A DNA stretch of 20,000 bases from Parvularia atlantis (lineage: Eukaryota), in assembly GCA_943704415.1 (NCBI GenBank), contig CALSCO010000711.1, positions 50,304 to 70,303 on the forward strand. The letters are read 5' to 3'. The position numbers and the translations under genes were made by a program. The notes under the pieces were generated by a model, which worked only from the letters and a program-made list of their open reading frames with translations, did no database searches and was not told the origin of the DNA. Below are positions 8,812 through 19,951 of this stretch, piece after piece. Within the stretch, counting starts at the first letter, position 1. Each line of letters opens with the position of its first letter.

Positions 8812-11800
8812 TCAGTCGTCCTCCTTGTCGAGGTGCGCGAACGAGAAGGGCTGGAACTTGTACCCGTCGCCCTTGTAAAACTTGTTGTTGAACTCGACCC
8901 TGCCGCGTCGTGTCAGCGACGTATCTGGTGCGCACCACCGCACGCACCAGTGCAGGCGCAGCGCGTGCAGGAACGCCGACAGGCCTTCCATCACCAGCAG
9001 GATGAAGATCGTGAGCGCGAACCACCCGGCAAAGCCAGCAAACAGGCCCAGCGCAGCGATGAAGCTGGCAGGCCGCGTCAGTCACGCACGAGCGCGCGCG
9101 CACCCGCGGCGCAACCGCAGCGCACCCACTCATGCCGTAAAACTGGCTCAGCGTCATCGTCCACAGCACCTCCGCGAGCTCTGGCGCACGGGCGCGTCAG
9201 GCGTGCGAGCGCTTGCCGCGGGGGCAGACGCACGGGCGTGCGCGAGCGACAGCGCCCATAGCCGCAAGTACGAGGCCGTGTTGGAGATGCAGCCGAGACA
9301 GAACTCGATCGTGTGGATCGTCTGGTGCACAAAGATCTCGCCAAACTCAAACTGCGCGCCGCATCAGCACCCTTGCGCGCGCGCCGCCCTGCCATCGCGC
9401 CGCACCTCCTCGCCGTGCTCGCCGTGCGCGTGGCCGTGCCCGCCCGCGCTCTCGCCGTTGTGGTGCTCGTCGTCGGCGACCCCCTCGGCGGCCGGGTTGC
9501 GCATGGACGTGATGTGGACGTCGTCGCCGTCGTGTTGGTCGACTGGCGGGGCAGGCGGTCGGGCGTGAACACTGCGCACCGCACGCGCATGGCACGCACC
9601 CGTCACGCTGTGCAGGTGGTTGTAGTCCGGGCCGCTCTTCTTCTTGTTGTGGTAGTAGCGCAGCACAAACGGCTTGACGAGGAGCATCCACGGCACGCAG
9701 ATGACCGCGATGATCACGAGGATCAGCTGCAGCGAGCCCTGCGCGGTTGGTCGGCGGTCAGCGCACAGCTCCATGCCCGGCACGCGCGCGCACACCTGGC
9801 CCTCGTAGAGATGCTGGCCGTCCTTGACTTTGCCGGGCGAGAGGAACATGTTGATGAGCATGTTGAGCAGCGACGGCGGCGGGATGACGTCCCACGGTTG
9901 AGTCCACTTGTAGATGATCGTCGCGACGAGGTAGCCAAAGATCGCCTGCGCGCGGCGCGCATCAGCGCCCGGTGCCGCGCTCGCTGCGCGCGCACCTGCA
10001 GGAAGAGCATCTGCGGCACAAACTCGTTGATAATCGACAGCCAGTCCTTGCGGAAGAGCATGTTGTACAGGCTGAGGATGACGCCAAAGGTCATCTGCGC
10101 GCGGCGTCGTTCAGGCCTGCGTCTTTGGCATGCATGTGCGCCACACCTGAATTACGCCAAAGATCACCGACATCTTCATCTTGTACGAGTTGGAGAAGAT
10201 GAGCAGGTTGTCGGAGCCGTACCAGCCGGGGTCGACACTGATCCACCGCCGCGCGCGTCAGATGTGCGCGGGCGGCGCGGGCGGCGCGCACCCGACTGGG
10301 TAGACGTGTCCCGTGAAGTGGCCCTCCTGCAACGTCACGTTCGGGATGCGCTCAAACTCCCAGCCCGACTCGCCGAAGATCTCCGTCGACCTGGAAAAGA
10401 TGTCGTTGTAGATCAGGCCGGTGTAGATCGAGAAGATGCCCATGAGCAGCAGGATGTAGCGGCCGCCGTAGAGCATGTTGAAGATCTGCGCGGGCCGTAT
10501 GAGCCTCGCGCGACACACGCAGGCATTTGTGCGCTCCCGACGCGCCTCGTTGCCGCGCGCCGTCTCCTTCAGGTCCTTCTCCTTGATCACGATGTACACC
10601 GCGACTATCGTCACGAGGATGCCGTGGCCAAAGTCGCCAAACATGACCGCGAACAGGAACGGGAACGTGATGATGCTGCGCGCGGCGAGCCGTAAGCCCC
10701 CAGGGCGTCCAACGCCCCGCACACGCGCGCGAACCTGAACAGGGCCGGGTTGACCTCCTGGTACTGCGCGATGCCGTACGCGTCGACGATGACCTGCCCC
10801 CCCGGTGCCGTCAGCGGCCGACGATCGACCGCGCGCGCGCACCTGGAAGCCGTTGGTGAATTTGTTGGTGCGGTGGAACGTGGGCGGGGTCTCGTGCGTC
10901 TTGAGCACGTTGATCACGGTCGACACGACGGCTTGCGACTTTTCCTGCGTGTTGCACGCACGTCAGCCCCCGTGCAGCACGCCGAATCGCACGTGGTACG
11001 CACCCGGGCCGTCTCGAGCGCGACCTGGATGTCCACGAGCGACTTGGTCGGACACCAGCCCTCGGCCACGAGCGCCTTAGACGCGATGTCAAAGTTGAAC
11101 AGGTTGAGCGTGTGGAAGATGCTCTTCTCCTGCGGACAGGCCCGGCGGCAGCGTCAGGGCCGGGCTAGCAGCAAAGGTGGCGAGCACCATCAGCACGAGC
11201 GACGTAGCCGCGTCCATCTGCGCCGCGATAGCCAGCAACACGCGCTTGCGGTGTTCGTGCGTCTTGTCGATCACCTGCGGAGCGCGATCAGCTGCTCGCC
11301 CTGCGCCGTCGCGCGCCGAGGCCCACGCACGCTCGTGAGGTCCTCCAGGCGCGACGTCACATTCTGCAGCAGCGCGTGGCGGTCCGAGCCGCTGTCCGGG
11401 CACGGGTACAGCGTCGCGCCAAAGCTCTCGCTCAGCTGCGTCGCCGGGTCAGCACGCAAACACGCACACGCGCCCGACAGGGGGCGTGCTTTGCGGATCT
11501 TGCTCTGCAGGGTCGTGCCCTGGACAAAGACGACGAACGTGTTCTTCTCGACGGGTTTGTCGCTGCCAATCTCTTTAATCGGCTGCGCACGGCGTCAGAC
11601 CGGCTCGCACAGCACGCTGGCGAGGCACCCGACCTCGGTGATCTCGTCCGACTGCATGATCAGGTTGCCGCGCAGCGCACGCCACAGCACGCGCTCGAAC
11701 GTGTGCACTTTGGCGCGCGGGATCACGCCCGAGAGGAAGCCGAGGCGGTTCGAGTCGCCCGCGGCGGCAAAGTCGCCACTGCGCAGGTTGTCGAGCTGGA

Positions 11801-12658
11801 TGTCGCCCGCGCCAATCAGGCCCACGTTGTCGTCCTCAAGCATGCGGTGCTGGCCACGCTCGACCTGGCGGCGCACGCTGTCGGTGCCCTCGGACTGCCG
11901 CACCGCGCGGGGAGCGTGAGCGTGAGCGTGCGTGTAAGCGTGGCATAAAGTGCGGCGCACCTCGTTGAAGACCTTGTCGGCCGTCTGGAGCACATACTTG
12001 AGCTCGGTCAGCTCGATGAAGCTCTTGAGCAGCGCCTCCTCGTGCCGGTTCATGTTGATGATCTCGCCCTCGAGCCGAGCGAGCTTCTCCTGCGAGCGGG
12101 GCGCGGCGTGCGCACGAGTCACCGGCGTGCCGGGCAGGGCCAAAGTCGCCGCCACCTCCAGCTCCTGCGCCTCCTGCTGGGAGCGGTCGGTGCTCGTGTC
12201 GAGCATGAGGTGCGCGTCCTCCAGCTCGAGGTTGGCGCGGGCGATCTCCTTGGCCAGGAACCCTGACGCGCCAGCCGCGCGAGCCGCGCGGGTGAACGGC
12301 GCGCACGACAGACGAGAGAGAACGGCACGCACGAAGCTTGCGTTCCATCTCCTCGCAGCGGCGGATGTCGCCGACAAACTTGCGCTGGAACGGGTTGATG
12401 TGCGGGTTGAGCTGCAGAGGCGCGTGAGGGCTGCTGCGGCGGGAGGATTTCGGCAGGTGTGGAGCGCACGTCGCGGAACTGGACCATGCCCAGGTGGCCG
12501 AGCTCGTTGACGACGGCGTGCGCCGACTCAAACTGGATGAAGAGCTGGATCAGCGTCATGTCCTCGGAGCGGAAGAGGGCCCTTGGCACGCGGGCGCGAG
12601 GCGTCAGGTCGCGGGCCAGCAGGCGGATGCCGCGCGAGAGCCACGCGGCGCACCCCAT
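8812..12658 (-). CDS. ATP6V0A: V-type H+-ATPase V0 subunit a (Vph1/Stv1/ATP6V0A family); about 23 exons, first coding exon only 5 nt
   Basis: Spliced product: [17 protein letters not shown]...[24 protein letters not shown]...[31 protein letters not shown]...[15 protein letters not shown]...[13 protein letters not shown]...[26 protein letters not shown]...[35 protein letters not shown]. Confidence 0.98.
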
Positions 12659-12839
12659 GGCTGCTGCTTTCGGCGCGCGCGGACGGCGCCGTCCGCACGG
12701 TGCGGGAGCGGAAGGGGCGGCCTGTGCGTGTGTCGCGATGAGTGAGTGGGCGATAGCGGCCCAAAAGCAGGCAGGCGGGAGCGGGCGTGCGCGCGGTCGA
12801 CCCGCTGGTCGTTCGGCGCGATGCAGTTAGTGTGCGGGC

Positions 12840-14655
12840 ATGATGGACAGCGCGGCTCTGGACGAGACCGGCGACTCCACCGACAAGCGGCCGCTGCTCC
12901 TCGGCGAGAGCGCGAGCACGGACGCGAGCATCAACGCCGGGCCGCCGGGTGGCGCCGCGCAGGACGGCGATCACGTGACCAGCCTGCGCGACGTCGCGTG
13001 GCTCGCGCTCGCGTTCCTCTTCCTGTTTTCGGCGTTCACCGTGACCCAGGTGCGGACGAAAGCGACCACCCCGCGCGCCCGCCTGCCTGACCCTGCGAGT
13101 GCGCCGCTGCAGAACCTCGCCTCGTCGATCTTCGTCGGACAGGTCGGCTTCTGGAGCCTCGGGACGCTCTACATCGTGTTCGCGGTCGTCAACCTCGTCG
13201 CGAGCAGCATCACACGCGCGCTCGGGCTCAAGTGACGTGCCGCCCTTCAGCCGCCGCAGCGCACGCCTGACCCGCTCCGCGGCGCAGGTGGGCGCTCTTC
13301 CTCGGCGCGAGCACGTACGTCTGGTACGTCGTGGCCAACGTGATCGCGATCCGCAACGGCGACAGCGAGCTGGTGCAGTACGCGGTCATGATCCCCTCGG
13401 CCGCGCTCCTCGGCGCCGGCGCGGCGACGATCTGGACGGCGCAGGGCGCGTACGTGACGTACTGCTCGAGCACGGCCGACCTCGGCACAGCCAACGGCCT
13501 CTTCTTCTTCATCTTCATGGGCAACCAGATCCTCGGCAACGTCGGCGCGGCCGTCCTGTTCACGCTGAGCGTCAAAGTGGTGCGCGCGTGCATGGCCGAC
13601 GCCGCTCCCCCGGCCGCGCTCAGCGCCCGCTCGTGGCCGCAGGAGCTCGTGTTTGAGATCTTGGCGGGCGCGGGTGGACTCGGCCTGCTGCTGTTCCTGT
13701 GGCTGCGCGCCGTCGAGCGCGCGCCCGCGCCAAAGAGCCTGGACGACGTCGAGCCGCCGTCGCGCTGGCACACGCTGCTGGAGGTGCGGCGGCCTCTGGC
13801 GGCGCGTGCGGCAAGCCGCTGGCTGAGCACCTGTGCGCTGTACGCGCAGGTCGTCATGCTCATGGGCGACTGGCGCATGGTTGCGCTGATCCCGCTCATC
13901 GTCTACTCGGGCATCACCCAGACGTTCTTCGCGGGCAACATTCCGCTGTTCATCAACGACTACAAGGGCGACGGCAAGTGCACGCAGGACCTGGCGATCA
14001 AGCTGGTGCGTGCGCAAAACCGCTTGAGCTGCCCACTGACGCGTCGCAGTACGTGATGGCGTGCCTCGGCCTCGCCGCGTCGCTCGGCTCACTCGCCTTT
14101 GGCAAGCTGTCCGACCGGCTCGGGCGGCTGCCCGTGCTGAGCCTCGCGGGCGTGCTGCAGCTCGTGGGTGCGTGCATGTGTGCCTGTGTGCCTGTGTGCG
14201 GGTTGCTCACGCGTGCCGCGACAGCCTACTTCCTGCTGTACTTGATCGACCCGCGCAACCGCCTCGAGGTGCTCATCCCAACGGCGGTGCTGCTGGGCCT
14301 GGGCGATGCGATTATAAACACGCAGTCGTACGGCATCCTCGGCTTCCTCTTCCGCGACCGCTCCGAGGCGGCCTTTGCGACGTTCAAGTTCTTCCAGTCG
14401 GGAGCGACGGGCGTGCTCTTTTTCCGTGCGCGGTCTTCTTTGCCCAGCAGCGCTGGTGTGGGCTCACAGCGCCGCCGCCGCTCAGTGTCAGCGTTCCTCG
14501 TCGTCGTCAGCGGGACGTGTCAAGCGGCCGAGCAGAACTCGTCACCCGCGATGGACGTCTGGCTGCCGGTCCTGCTCGTCGCGCTGGGCGCGTCGGTCGT
14601 CGGCCTGGGCGTGCTGCGCTGGCACCGCGCGCCCATTGACGCCGTGTCTACATGA
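12840..14655 (+). CDS. UNC-93-like MFS membrane protein (UNC93A/MFSD11 family); 8 exons
   Basis: Spliced motifs FLFLFSAFTVTQNL, GFWSLGTLYIVFAV, LGLKWALFLG, LLGAGAATIWTAQGAYVT, FGKLSDRLGR, LLGLGDAIINTQ, AAFATFKFFQS, with about 12 hydrophobic segments. Confidence 0.88.
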
Positions 14656-14691
14656 TGGTGTACAACAAACATCAAAGAAAGTGCGCGCCCG

Positions 14692-16607
14692 CTACTGCTG
14701 CGGCTGCCGCTGCTGGAGACGCGAGATGAGCGCCTCCCAGTTGATCGGCCCCAGCCCGCGCTTGTGCACGACGAGGCTCAAGTCCATCTCGGGCACGTTC
14801 TCGTCGCGCGCTGCCTCCTCGTGCTCTATGTCCTCCCACGCGATCGCGCGCGCGTCTGCGATTAGCGACGCGAGTGTCGGCGACACGGCTCGCTCCTCGA
14901 TTGGCGGCGCCGGCGCGGTCGGGACGAGCCGTGGTGCTTCGATGACTTCGTCGTCGTCGTCGTCCGCGTCCTCAAACTCCGGGCGCCGCCGCTTGGACGT
15001 GGGAGGCAGCGCGACGGCGAGCCCGCCGCAGACGGACGCGGATCGTCGCGCGGGGCGCGGTCGCGGCCCCGGCTCAGCCGACGACGGGTTGCGCACCCAG
15101 AGTGGCGGCACCTGCGCGACACGGCGTGAGCGGCATGGGACGCGTGCGGCACGGCCCGGCGCGCACGGGGCTGATGTACTGGCGGAAGTGGCGCGTGACG
15201 TCGGCGAAGCGGTCTGGCACGATCGGCACAATCTCGCTCGGCTTGAGCCGGCGCACAAACTCGGCCATCTCGGCGAACGACGAGTGCAGCGAGTACGACA
15301 CGACCTGCGGCGCAGTCATCAGGCACGCAACACGCGCACGCGCACACAGGTCGCGCGCACGTGCATGTGCGGCGACGAGAAGGCCGGCGACTCGCCGCCT
15401 AGGATGTACTGCACACACGAAGGCAGGATGGCCACGGTCGGCGAGCCCTCACGGTTGCGCGCCTCGAGCCTGCGACGCGGTCCGCGCGTGTGAGAAACCC
15501 TCCCTTCAGCGCTACGGCGCGCGCGCACATGGCCGCGGTGACGAGGTGCTTCGGCAGGCAGTGCATGCGCGTCGCCGTGTAGTCGTCGGTGAAGTGCGCC
15601 AGCGGCAGGCCGAGCAGGCGTAGCGCCTCGAGCCGCCGCGGCGGCACGGCGACGGGCACGTCGCACTGCTGCGCCAGGTGCACCAGCAGCTCCTCCTTGC
15701 CGAGCGTGTCGACGGCTATGACGACGGTGGCGCCACGCGCGAGGTGCTCACGCGCGATCGCCGCGGCCTGCTGCGCCGCGACCTCCTGTGCGTGCGGACG
15801 GCCCCGCTCAGCAGCGCTCCCCGGCAACCAGCAGCCCCGCACTCGCGACGGCATGGTGCAGCGCGGGTCGCAGTACGTGTTGTCGAGGTAGAGCCGGTCG
15901 ACGTGGATCGACGCGAGCACGGTCTCGTCGACCATCGCCGGGTGGTAGCTGCGCGCCCGTCAGGCCCCGCGCGGGCGCAACGCGGGCGCGCGCACCGGAA
16001 GTCGCCCGTGTGCACGATCGTCCCGAACGCGCCCTGGAACACGAACATGACCGCGCCGGGGCAGTGGTTGGCGGGCACGAGCGTCACGGCCATGGTCGAG
16101 CGGTCCTCCTGCTGGTACTGCGCACGGGCGTGCGCCGCTGTCGTGAGCACGCGCGCAAGGCCACCTCTCGCGCGGCGTGCGCACGTAGTGCTGCCGCGCG
16201 ATGGCCCAGGCCGTGGCGCGCGCATCGGACGGCCCGTCGCGCAACAGGGAGACCGTTACGGGCTCGTTCTCGGGCAGGGCGTGCTTGCGCCGGGAGGGGG
16301 AGCGTGAGCGCGGGGGCGCCGGCGCATCGCTGCAGCCGCGCACCACCAGCGACGCATCGAAGCCCGCAAACTTGTGCAGCAGCAACGCGCGCGTCGTGGC
16401 CGAGCAGAGGATGCGGCCGCGGCGCCACCTGGGCGAGAGCCCGCTCGTGTGATCTGCCCCCCTTTCCGCATCAGCACGGGAGCCGCCGAGCGAGCGCGCG
16501 CGCCCCGCATCACCCTCGTGCAGGTGCGACAGGAAGAACAGGTGCACGTCGCCATCGCCGCCGTGGAACGCGTCGACCGCGACCGGCACCGTGACGTGCA
16601 GCCGCAT
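14692..16607 (-). CDS. DCLRE1B: SNM1-family metallo-beta-lactamase/beta-CASP 5' exonuclease, most like Apollo/SNM1B; 9 exons
   Basis: Spliced motifs [20 protein letters not shown] (HxHxDH), [49 protein letters not shown]. The catalytic domain begins at the N-terminus, unlike SNM1A; the paralog assignment is tentative. Confidence 0.85.
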
Positions 16608-16658
16608 CGGTTGCTGATTGGCTCTGATTGTCCCTTGCGATCTCGCCCGCAAACGGCC
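16608..16658. promoter_or_regulatory. Putative 51-nt bidirectional promoter with a CCAAT box
   Basis: Lies between divergent ATGs at 16607 (-) and 16659 (+). Contains CTGATTG twice (GCTGATTGGCTCTGATTGT); the first copy reads AGCCAATCAG on the minus strand, the NF-Y consensus. Confidence 0.55.
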
Positions 16659-19600
16659 ATGACCGCCGCCGACGCCGCCGCCGACGCCGACGCCGCGCCC
16701 GGCCCCGAGAGCAAGGACAGCCTCGCGCTCGACGTGACCAACGTCGCGCTGGGCCCCGAGGACGGCGCGCCCAGCTCGCCCCGCGACGGTGCGCGCACCC
16801 GTTCAACGCGGCTGCGCCCGGTTGACCTGCCGCACAGGCGACGAGGTCGACAAGGACTCGGCCTCGACGCGGGCGCACGTCGACGCGGGCAGCGACACGA
16901 GCTCGGTGCGTGGCCCGCCGCCGCCACCGCCTGCTGCCCGTCCGCGGCTGAGCCGCCTGAGCCACGCCCGTGCCGCCAGAGCCTGTCCAACTCGACCGCG
17001 GGCGCGTCAAGCGTGCACAAGGGCGTGCGACGCATCGCCCAGCGCATCGGCTACTCGCCGGCCTTCTCGCAGATCCGCCTGCAGGTGCCGACCGGCGCCC
17101 GCGCGCGCGCCTGTCCCGTGGCTCACGCGGCGCCCGCAGCGCGCGGTCGGCCTTGTCCCGCTCGTCCTGCTCACGCTCGGCGGCGTGCTCGACGGCGAGT
17201 ACTCGGGCTGGAACTTCGGCTCGACCGGTGCACGCGCGGGGCGCGGCGTACACGGGGATGGCGCACAGGCGCTGACGGCGGGCGGGGCGGCGCACACAGG
17301 CGGCGTCGGCGGGCTGCTTGCGGCGTTCCTCGTGATCTCGCTCATGTACGCCTGCTTCGTCAGCTCCCTGGCCGAGCTCGCGTCCGTGTTTCCCTTTGCC
17401 GGCGCGAGCTACGCCTACGTGCGCGGCACGATGGGCAAGTTGCCCGGCCTCCTGGTCATCCTCTGCGACATCGCCGAGTTTGTGATCGGTGCGGGTGCAC
17501 CTGCGAGAAGCAGCATCCGCTGAGCCTGCGCGCCGCACGCACAGGCGCCTCGGCCACGACGTTCACCAGCGGCGTCCTGCTCGGGCAGCTGTTCTTCGAG
17601 GGCGCGCGGCCGGAGCTGGACGTGCTGTGGGCGTTCCTGCTGGCTGGCTGCATCACGTCGCTGATGATCTTTGGCGGCACACGCCTTTACCAGGTGCGCG
17701 ACCTCGCGCTGCGCTCGGGCGCCCCTCACAGTGCCCACAGGTCATCTCTTCGCTGACGGGCGTGGCCCTCGTTGTGCTGTGCGTCTGGATCTTTGGCGGC
17801 TTCCACTTCATCAGCTTTTACGCCAACGCGCTCGCGCCGGTCGCACCCCCCGCCGGTCCGCCGTGCCTGCCTCGCCGCATGTCACGTCTTGACAGACTGT
17901 GCGCGCGCAGCCGACTCTTCTACGGAGCCGAGCGCGACCGAGCTTTGGTTCCCGCTGGGCGTGCCGGGCTTCTTCGTGAACCTGACGTTCGCCATCTGGT
18001 TCTACCTCGGCCTCGAGATTGTGCCGTTCGTGGCAGAGGTGTGCGCGCGTGGCTGCTGCTGCGTGTCCCGGCGCTGACGCCGCTCCCGCAGGACGTGCGC
18101 ACGCCGAGCCGCGTGGTGCCGCGCGCGCTGCTCATCTCTTTCGGCGTCCTGTTTGTCTTGGCCATCCTGACGCTCTTTGTCGGCGTGGCGCTGCCGCCGG
18201 GCATCGTCGTGCTGGTGCGTCGGGCCGGTCGGTGGTCGTGCACGTCGCGCTGACGGCTCCCGCGCGCAGGCGATCGAGAGCCTGCCGATGAACAGCGGCT
18301 TTGCGTTCATCTTCAGCACAGACAGCCTGCGCCTGTCAGCTGCGCTGCAGCTGGCCTCGTTCATCATCGGCTCCGCGGTCTTCCTCTTTGCCGGTCAGCA
18401 TGGCTGGAGGCGTGCACGCGGCGCCGCTTACCCTGTGTGCGCAGGCGTCCGCGCGCTGTTTGCCGCCAGCCGCGCGGGCTTCCTACCGCCATTCCTGTGC
18501 TTTGTCTACGGGCGGGCGGACGTGCCCGTGGGCTCGATCCTGTTTGCGAGCCTCGTGATGTACCTGGCCGTGCTCGTGAGCGCGCTGCCGAGCGACTCGA
18601 GCTCGTCCGAGGTGCTCATTGCCATGACCACGATCGGCACGGTGCGGTCAACGGCCACGCGCGTATTGCAGCGGCTCATGCGTTGCTCGCTCTCGCACGC
18701 GCAGCTCGTGTCGCAAATATTCAAGATGCTCGCGTTCATCATCCTGCGTGTCAAGTACCCGCGCGCCGTCCTGCACCGGTGCGCACGCACGCGCGCGCGC
18801 CCCGCCCTCGCCGTTCTCACGTAGGCGTGCATGCGTAGGCCGTTCTACAGCCCGCTGGGCATCGCGGGCGCCGTTGTCGCGCTCGTGCTCGCGGCCATCG
18901 CGCTCGTGTGCATCTTCGTCTACCAGAGCTCGTCGGCCCAGGCGGCGTACGCGCTGCTGGGCTTCGCGCTGTGGATCATCCTGGGCGTGCTGTACTACGC
19001 CTTTGTCGGACGCAAGCGCCTGTTCCTCAGCCCCGAGGAGCTTGCGGCGGTGCAGCTCAACTACCGCGACAACATTGAGCTCGTCCAGCGGCGCGTGCAG
19101 CGCGAGGCGCCGCTGCAGTTTGATGAGGTGTGCCGCGCCGCTCTCGTCTGCGCGTGCTGTGCTGACGGGCGTGTGCGGCGCAGATCGGCGCCGACTACTT
19201 CCGGCTGACGCAGGTGCTGCACGACCCCGTGCGTGCGAGCCTGTTTGAGGCGTATCTCAAGCAGATCTTCTGCCACGAGAATCTGCTCTTGTGCGTGGGG
19301 GGCGCGGGCCCGCGCACATGCCGCTCACACCAGCGTACAGCCACCAGGAGGTCGCGCACATCCGGCGGCTGGCACCGAGCACGGCGCAGCCAAAGTACCG
19401 CGCGGCGTGCATGCGCGTCTATGCCACCTACCTCGCACCCAACTCGGTCCTGCAGGTCAACATCACCGGGCCGGTGGCCGTGGACATCAAGGCGCGTGGT
19501 GCACACGCGTGCGCTTGCGTCTGAACCGCGCCCGCGCCTCCCTCCAGGTCGCGCTCGACAGCCAGGCCGACATCCCGCTCGACATCTTTGACAGGGCCGA

Positions 19601-19781
19601 CGCCGAAGTGCTGCACATGCTCAGCTACGGTGCGCGGGCACGCTGGGCTGCTGCGCGCGGCCCCGCCCACACGCGCGCGCCCTTGGCCCCAGACTGCATG
19701 CGCAAGTTTGAGGAGGCCGAGGCACAAGCGCGCAAAGCCAACCGCCCGCTGCTCTCGTCCTCGCTGGTCTTCTCCGCCTGA
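16659..19781 (+). CDS. APC-superfamily (ethanolamine/amino-acid permease-like) 12-TM transporter fused to a C-terminal RGS domain; about 17 exons
   Basis: Permease motifs LGGVLDGEYSGWNFG, LMYACFVSSLAELASVFPFAGASYAY, FAIWFYLGLEIVPFVAEDV, RALFAASRAGFLP, RPFYSPLG continue in frame into VLHDPVRASLFEAYLKQIFCHENLLF, VYATYLAPNSVLQVNI and IFDRADAEVLHMLSYDCMRKF (RGS signature). Confidence 0.88.
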
Positions 19782-19818
19782 CAGCCGCATGTCCAATCAT
19801 AAACCCGCTAGCATACTG

Positions 19819-19951
19819 CTACAACGCGTCAGACTCGCCGGTAGCACTCAGCCGCACGCGCGACGCGACCGCGCGCTGCGCCGCAGCCACGATATCGTCG
19901 GACGCGCCTAGTGCGCGCACAATGTCGGCGACCGGGAAGTCCTCGATATAG
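19819..19951 (-). CDS. Terminal exon of an unidentified gene entering from the right edge
   Basis: Minus-strand CTGAC branch site and GGCAG acceptor at 19952, followed by YIEDFPVADIVRALGASDDIVAAAQRAVASRVRLSATGESDAL and TAG at 19821-19819. Confidence 0.6.

Noticed and set aside
9406..9545. His/acidic-rich insert in V-ATPase subunit a ([20 protein letters not shown])
   Set aside because: This variable His/Glu-rich loop before FEFGE is usual in the family.
701..19692. Uniform short introns as introner-type mobile elements
   Set aside because: Beyond donor, branch and acceptor motifs, I saw no shared internal sequence, terminal inverted repeats or target-site duplications.
605..19781. Apparent frameshifts or stops suggesting pseudogenes or an alternative genetic code
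   Set aside because: All resolve with GT-AG or GC-AG introns under the standard code.
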